The notes under the pieces were generated by a model. That model saw only the letters and a program-made list of their open reading frames with translations, was not told the DNA's origin and searched no databases. DNA of 64,000 nt from Candidatus Omnitrophota bacterium. Lineage in GTDB: Bacteria > Omnitrophota > Gorgyraeia > Pluralincolimonadales > Pluralincolimonadaceae. The stretch's first letter is position 1; every line of letters begins with the position of its first letter. The translations under genes were made by a program, and so were the position numbers. Location of the stretch: NCBI GenBank assembly GCA_041651455.1, contig JBAZJG010000009.1, positions 16,450 to 80,449 on the forward strand. The letters run 5' to 3'. Below, in pieces: positions 59,999 through 64,000 of this stretch.

Positions 59999-60168
59999 GA
60001 GCCGATGTTTTGAAAGCAGAGCTTCTATTTATACGAAGTTAAGTAGAAAACCACCCCAAATTCCCTTTGAATTACCTAATTTAGGCCTTATAATGTTATA
60101 TGAAGTAAAAAATCTTAAATATAAATTCATATGTTACGCTAATAAATTGGTTCAAGGAAGGATAGATA

Positions 60169-60867
60169 ATGGAAGATATATCAATCATTAAGAAGACAGA
60201 GACTGCATTAGATGATTTAATAAATCTTTGGCGCAGACGTAAATTATTATGCATCATTGTCGTAGCAATAATCAGTACGCCGTTAATATATTCAGTTGTC
60301 ATAACATCACAAATGAAATCAAAACTTGAAAACGCAGAAAAAGCAAAAGAGAACGCTGAAAAGGCAAAAGATAAAGCTGAATTGCAGCTTGCTCCTTTTT
60401 TAGCAGCAGCAAATCAAGGGTTTCCAAATATTGACCCGGAAAAAAGGTTAGAATTGCTTCTATCTAAGCTCAACGATGCAGTCATAAATGTTCAGGATGC
60501 GGCTCGACGCATATCGTCAGAACGCAATATAAGTGCTGATTTGAAGTGTACTCTTATCGAGAATTTGAAGAAGATACAACCACTTGAGGTTAACGTTGTT
60601 AGTATTATCGGAGATGCAGAAACGTATTCACTTGCGGTGCAAATTAAAGATATATTTGAGGAAGCGGGATGGAAAGTCGAAGGCGTAGATCAGGCAACAT
60701 ATACTGTTCCACCAAAGCATCTTGTGCTTGTATTTGGAAAGAAAGCTACACCAGAGCTTGAAAGAGCCATCACTCCACTCGTTGATAGTTTTGGTTACCA
60801 GCGAAAAGCAGTGCTCGACGATATGATTGGAGAAAATGCTATGAGGATTATAGTCGGTTCAAAATAG
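60169..60867 (+). CDS. Membrane-anchored coiled-coil protein of unknown function (232 aa), AT-rich
   Basis: RBS ggaagga. TM helix LLCIIVVAIISTPLIYSVVI, followed by a KxxE-rich coiled coil (ENAEKAKENAEKAKDKAE). Sigma70-like TTGAAT ... TATAAT upstream at about 60060-60092. Confidence 0.45.
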   Translation: MEDISIIKKTETALDDLINLWRRRKLLCIIVVAIISTPLIYSVVITSQMKSKLENAEKAKENAEKAKDKAELQLAPFLAAANQGFPNIDPEKRLELLLSKLNDAVINVQDAARRISSERNISADLKCTLIENLKKIQPLEVNVVSIIGDAETYSLAVQIKDIFEEAGWKVEGVDQATYTVPPKHLVLVFGKKATPELERAITPLVDSFGYQRKAVLDDMIGENAMRIIVGSK

Positions 60868-60944
60868 TAATATAGAATCTAAGCAGGCTTTTAAGAAACA
60901 TATGGCAAAACAATGAAGGTTATATCTAGGTAAAAGGATTTCAG

Positions 60945-62984
60945 TTGAGAAATATAGTAATAAGCACTCTATTAATCGTTTTAACTTACACATCATACTC
61001 TTTCGCTGCCCCCTGGCCCAACTCCGTCTCCGACTCCGACCGCGCCTACCTTAAAGAATTAATGAAAGATACCTGGCACTACATAGATTTCTTCATCTCC
61101 CCGGAGACAGGTTTCCCGTATGATTCCAACCAGGCGAAGGATATCACGAACACGACCAACGTCGGCCTCTACCTGACCTCCGTCTGCATGGCCTACAAAC
61201 TCGGCTACGTAAGCGAGGAGCATGCCGTCGCCCGCATAACCAAGATATTAGACAGCCTGGACACCTACGGCAACTGGAACCGCCTCTATAATAACTGGCT
61301 CGACCCCGAAGGCAAGAACCGCGCGGCCAAGCCCGGCCCCAATAATATCTCGGATTACAACAAGCTTCCCGCGGGCCTGATAGTCGTCCGCCGGACGTTC
61401 CCGCAGCTCAGGAAGCGCTGCACGGATTTCCTCGATGAGATCCCGTGGGAGAAGTTCCACGATGCGGGCACGGGAAGGATATATTACGAGTTCGACGTCG
61501 CGGAGAAGAGCATGCGCAACCCCGTCTTTTTCTACCGCGGGGAGGATAAGATATTAGGCCATTTCCTGATGATCGCCTCCGGCAAGGTGCCCGCGTACAC
61601 GTGGGACAAGCACGACCTTTCGGACGAGGCCCGCTACGGTTACCAGTATTACAAGCACGGCTGGCAGGGCGGGGGGCTCTTCATGCAGTTCATCTGCGAC
61701 ATGTTCCTCGATAATGAAGGCACGCTTCTCGGCAAGTCATCAGTCAACTTCACGTGGGCCCAGATATTGCACGCGTCGAAGATAGGCGCGCCCGTATGGG
61801 GCTGGTCGGCCTGCGTCTCGCCGAACGGGCCGTATCTCGGAATGGGCGGCCTCGTTGACGAGGTGGTGACGCCCCACGCGAGCGTGCTGGCGGTCAGCTT
61901 GTTCCCGAGCGAGGTTGTCAGCAACCTCAAGCGGCTCGAGGACTACGGCTTGCGCACGCCTTTCATGGTCGACGGCAAACCGGAGAAGTTCGGCTTCCGC
62001 GACAGCGTGAACTGGAAGAACGGCCAGACATGCGATAAATACCTTGTGCTCGACCAGGCGATGCTCTTCCTGTCGCTGGTCAACTATTGCGAGAACGGCC
62101 TGCTCTGGAAGACGTTCGACAGCGATGAGATGGTCAAATACGGAAAGAGTGTAATAAGCGACTACAAGAAGGCCGACAGCCAGCGCGCTGCTCAGAGAGA
62201 TTATATAAGGAAGCTGTCTGCGGACGATATCGACACCTTCTGGATAGGCAGGGAGATATGGGCGCGTTCGCTGTCATCCAATGCGGCGCCTGATATTAAG
62301 GAAAGCTGGAAGGTCTCGGATGAGTCCGGCAGGGTCATTGTCCAGGGCAGCGAAAATACAGGCCTTTTGGCGCACGGGATCAATATGGTGAAAGAGGTAG
62401 AGGTCCCGGATAATAAGGAAGAATACGGCACTATGTGGACTTTCGAGGCATCTCTGGAAAGGCCCGGGGCAGCCGCGGTAACACGGGTTGTGAAGGTTCG
62501 CTTCCCGATGTCCCTGATGCTTGAGGGCAAGTGGAAGATAGCCGACGGCAATATGGCGGAATGGGCGTCACCGGATTTTGACGATTCCGCATGGAAAGAG
62601 GCCTACGTGCCTTTGCGTTGGGAAGAGGAGGCGCTGAAGGACTATGACGGTGTTGCATGGTACCGCCTGCATTTCGATATACCGGCCGAGATGTTGAAGC
62701 GTTGGGGGGATATGCCCCTTGCGGTGGGTATGGGCGCCGTTGATGACGCCGATGAGACGTTCCTTAACGGCCAGATGATAGGTAAGAGCGGGGAGTTCCC
62801 GCCGGTAAAGAAAACCGCCTATGACACTCCGAGGATCTACGCGTTTGATAAAGGGCTGCTGAAAGAGCATAACGTCCTGGCAGTACGCGTGAGCGACTGG
62901 GGCGGCAACGGCGGAATCTGGCGCGGGCCCGTGTTGATAGGCCCTGCGGATGAGGTCAGACAGCTGATAGGGGAGTCGCGTTAA
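60945..62984 (+). CDS. Secreted glycoside-hydrolase-like protein with a C-terminal galactose-binding-like (GH2 sugar-binding-type) jelly-roll domain
   Basis: TTG start after aagga. Signal peptide MRNIVISTLLIVLTYTSYSFA encoded by AT-rich DNA; the mature part is GC-rich. C-terminal W..Y..F....DE.F.NG..IG......N.L.V.V.DWGG.GGI.R.V.L pattern. Confidence 0.35.
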   Translation: MRNIVISTLLIVLTYTSYSFAAPWPNSVSDSDRAYLKELMKDTWHYIDFFISPETGFPYDSNQAKDITNTTNVGLYLTSVCMAYKLGYVSEEHAVARITKILDSLDTYGNWNRLYNNWLDPEGKNRAAKPGPNNISDYNKLPAGLIVVRRTFPQLRKRCTDFLDEIPWEKFHDAGTGRIYYEFDVAEKSMRNPVFFYRGEDKILGHFLMIASGKVPAYTWDKHDLSDEARYGYQYYKHGWQGGGLFMQFICDMFLDNEGTLLGKSSVNFTWAQILHASKIGAPVWGWSACVSPNGPYLGMGGLVDEVVTPHASVLAVSLFPSEVVSNLKRLEDYGLRTPFMVDGKPEKFGFRDSVNWKNGQTCDKYLVLDQAMLFLSLVNYCENGLLWKTFDSDEMVKYGKSVISDYKKADSQRAAQRDYIRKLSADDIDTFWIGREIWARSLSSNAAPDIKESWKVSDESGRVIVQGSENTGLLAHGINMVKEVEVPDNKEEYGTMWTFEASLERPGAAAVTRVVKVRFPMSLMLEGKWKIADGNMAEWASPDFDDSAWKEAYVPLRWEEEALKDYDGVAWYRLHFDIPAEMLKRWGDMPLAVGMGAVDDADETFLNGQMIGKSGEFPPVKKTAYDTPRIYAFDKGLLKEHNVLAVRVSDWGGNGGIWRGPVLIGPADEVRQLIGESR

Positions 62985-62999
62985 AAAAGGAGCGGTAAG

Positions 63000-63404
63000 A
63001 TGAGGAAGATCGTAAAGGCATTGCTGGCAAGCTTTGTATTATCATTGGTCGTTTCAGGCACCGCGTTCGCGTGGGAGAACGACCTCAATACGGCCATCTC
63101 CAAGGCGAAAGCCAACGGCAAGATGGTATTCATAATGTTCGGGCGCGAGGCCTGCGGCAACTGCCAGCACCTCAAGAAGATGATAAGGAGCGGCGCCGTG
63201 GACATTAAGGTAAACAAGTTCGTCATAGCGGACATCAACTGCGATGACAAGAAGCAGAGTGCGGTATTTTACAAGAAGTATTCGGTGAACGGTAATTACC
63301 TGCCTTTTGTCGTCATCGCGAAACCGGACGGCACTATGATAACATCTAAGACCGGTTACGGCGAGGCGGCGGAATACAATAACATGATAAAGAGCGCCAA
63401 ATAA
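63000..63404 (+). CDS. Exported thioredoxin-fold protein (CGNC active site)
   Basis: RBS aaggag. Signal peptide. MVFIMFGREACGNCQHL carries a CxxC motif. Confidence 0.5.
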   Translation: MRKIVKALLASFVLSLVVSGTAFAWENDLNTAISKAKANGKMVFIMFGREACGNCQHLKKMIRSGAVDIKVNKFVIADINCDDKKQSAVFYKKYSVNGNYLPFVVIAKPDGTMITSKTGYGEAAEYNNMIKSAK

Positions 63405-63405
63405 C

Positions 63406-64000
63406 ATGGCAGAGATACAGTCAAACATTTCCGGTGTATTCCGGCACAACAGTTATCTCGTGCGCAGGAAGATATTCACGCTCTTCGGGGCGGAGTTCCA
63501 CATCTACGACCCTTCCGGCGCGGTCGCGTTCTATTCGAAGCAGAAAGCGTTCAAGCTGAAGGAAGACATACGGGTCTATACGGGCGAGGACATGCGAACG
63601 GAGGTATTGGCCATCCACGCGCGCAATGTCATCGATATCTCGGCTACCTACGATGTGATCGACCCGGCCAGCAATATCAAAGTCGGCGCGCTGAGGCGTA
63701 AGGGCATCAAATCCATGTTAAGGGACGAGTGGCTGATCCTGGACAGGGAAGACGTGGAGATAGGGGTTATCCGCGAAGACAGGATGCTTCTCGCGGTAAT
63801 ACGCCGTTTCCTTTCCAACCTGGTCCCGCAGAAATACCACGGGTATGTGGACGGCCGCCTGGCCTGTGTCTTCAGCCAGAACTTCAATCCTTTCGTCACG
63901 AAGATACACCTTGATTATTCGATGGATACGCGCAGCCTGCTCGACAGGCGCCTCGGCATCGCGGCGGCCATCCTGCTATGCGCCATAGAAGGCAAGCAAA
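63406..64000 (+). CDS. LURP-one-related / tubby-C-terminal-like protein (3' end lies beyond the window)
   Basis: Hand translation is open to the window end (MAEIQSNISGVFRHNSYLVRRKIFTLFGAEFHIYDPSG...). This ORF is absent from the supplied ORF track because it is not closed. Confidence 0.35.
   Translation, partial: MAEIQSNISGVFRHNSYLVRRKIFTLFGAEFHIYDPSGAVAFYSKQKAFKLKEDIRVYTGEDMRTEVLAIHARNVIDISATYDVIDPASNIKVGALRRKGIKSMLRDEWLILDREDVEIGVIREDRMLLAVIRRFLSNLVPQKYHGYVDGRLACVFSQNFNPFVTKIHLDYSMDTRSLLDRRLGIAAAILLCAIEGKQ

Noticed and set aside
59932-60168. Searched for a fourth tRNA (Thr-GGU, as in the E. coli thrU-tyrU-glyT-thrT cluster) and for tufB downstream
   Set aside because: No cloverleaf could be folded. 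The region is AT-rich spacer with a promoter-like TTGAAT-16-TATAAT for the next gene.
59997-60191. 64-aa + ORF overlapping the RBS and start of the 60169 gene
   Set aside because: Low-complexity AT-rich translation with no RBS. It overlaps the promoter and RBS of the downstream gene and is likely spurious.
1-64000. CRISPR arrays, rRNA genes, transposases / integrases, phage structural genes
   Set aside because: No regularly spaced direct repeats, no rRNA-like sequence, and no DDE / tyrosine-recombinase motifs were seen. The AT-rich inserts carry no recognisable mobility genes.

Overview
This is a GC-rich, very compact bacterial chromosomal segment. All confidently called genes lie on the + strand, and many neighbours overlap at ATGA or GTGA start/stop junctions. 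The large minus-strand ORFs are antisense shadows of those genes. Only two short stretches, 58.65-59.86 kb and 59.93-61.0 kb, are AT-rich.

The window has three blocks.

(1) 1-18.2 kb: a type IV pilus / type II secretion-like locus. It opens with three tandem paralogous giant proteins (830-965 aa) whose N-termini carry a GspK-like prepilin motif, so they look like giant minor pseudopilins. The first carries a PA14 lectin-like domain. Each is followed by a secreted partner gene. Two near-identical sigma70 promoter cassettes sit in the intergenic regions. Downstream come a PilM-PilN fusion, PilO-like and PilP-like genes, a TPR + secretin-N0 domain gene, two tandem short secretin paralogs, and a small exported protein. 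No ATPase, platform protein, major pilin or prepilin peptidase is in the window.

(2) 18.3-58.4 kb: housekeeping genes. These are polA, glgA, coaE, a stand-alone GGDEF protein, rho, rpmE, prfA-prmC, murA, rpsP-trmD-rplS-rnhB and rlmN. A one-carbon block follows: fhs, a cyclodeaminase-family cyclohydrolase (fchA-like), folD, metV, metF and a split methionine synthase. After it come panB, panE and an NfnAB/SudAB-like pair. Then mnmA, two PP-loop ATPases, a tRNA(CAU), tilS, ftsH, folP, cdaA with a truncated cdaR remnant, pdxJ, acpS and nnrD.

(3) 58.4-64 kb: a tRNA cluster, Thr(UGU)-Tyr(GUA)-Gly(UCC), interrupted by AT-rich, apparently horizontally acquired DNA. The first insert is a DUF3800-like gene. 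It is preceded by a strong sigma70 promoter and a structured leader ending in an intrinsic terminator with a nine-U tail. The second insert is a small membrane coiled-coil protein. After these come a secreted glycosidase-like gene whose signal peptide is encoded by the AT-rich DNA, a thioredoxin-like gene and a partial LURP/tubby-like ORF.

All product names come from motif recognition by eye. No database search was run, and GC estimates are visual only.
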